The notes under the pieces: generated by a model
What the model was told of the DNA's origin: nothing
Databases searched by the model: none
What the model saw: only the letters and a program-made list of their open reading frames with translations
Part shown: positions 63,800 to 64,000 of the stretch, one piece after another
Layout: every line of letters begins with the position of its first letter
How positions within the stretch are numbered: position 1 is the stretch's first letter
Translations under genes and position numbers: made by a program
Assembly (NCBI RefSeq): GCF_036321535.1
Contig: NC_087472.1
Coordinates: 96,288,001 to 96,352,000 of the forward strand
Length of the DNA: 64,000 bases
From: Camelus dromedarius
Lineage: Eukaryota
Direction: 5' to 3'

Positions 63800-64000
63800 A
63801 AAGAAATCCTGTCACAGGCTACAATATGGATAAACCTTGAGGATATTATGCTACATGAAATAAACTAGTCACAAATACTGTATGATTCCACTCATATGAG
63901 CTATCTGGAGTAGTCAAATTCATAGAAATAGGAAGGAGAATGGTGGTTACCAGGGGCCAGGGGGAGGGGGCCATGGGGAGAACTTGTTTAATGGGCCAAG
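63800..64000 (+). mobile_element. Old L1 (L1MB-like) 3' region, runs off the window
   Basis: GCTACAATATGGATAAACCTTGAGGATATTATGC...ATACTGTATGATTCCACT...GGTGGTTACCAGGGGC. Confidence 0.75.

Noticed and set aside
46950..64000. A second protein-coding gene or processed pseudogene upstream of PDK3
   Set aside because: No ORF or exon with recognisable protein similarity; the region is dominated by repeats.

Overview
Mammalian genomic DNA, probably camelid (Camelus/Vicugna/Lama), inferred from five copies of a tRNA-derived SINE of the vic-1 type and cetartiodactyl-type L1 3' ends. The window holds the 5' part of PDK3 (pyruvate dehydrogenase kinase 3; X-linked in eutherians) on the minus strand. There are six coding exons of 106, 142, 72, 185, 90 and 78 nt, all with GT-AG boundaries and a continuous frame, giving 224 codons plus 1 nt. 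The remaining exons should lie left of position 1. Exon 1 sits in a CpG-island promoter with CCAAT, GC-box and HRE motifs and a probable 5'-UTR CTG repeat. The roughly 18 kb upstream and the introns are mostly old interspersed repeats (L1, L2, MIR, MaLR, hAT and Tigger elements), several of them nested. The most unusual unexplained structure is at about 46335-46915, just upstream of the promoter. It is an array of about 8 degenerate copies of a 35-45 bp core (CACCATTGGnCAGGATTAATTGTAAnGTCACTGACTGTTTCATG) separated by variable C-rich spacers. Almost all ORFs in the supplied track are chance ORFs. Repeat family names come from my recall of consensus sequences, and repeat boundaries are approximate.
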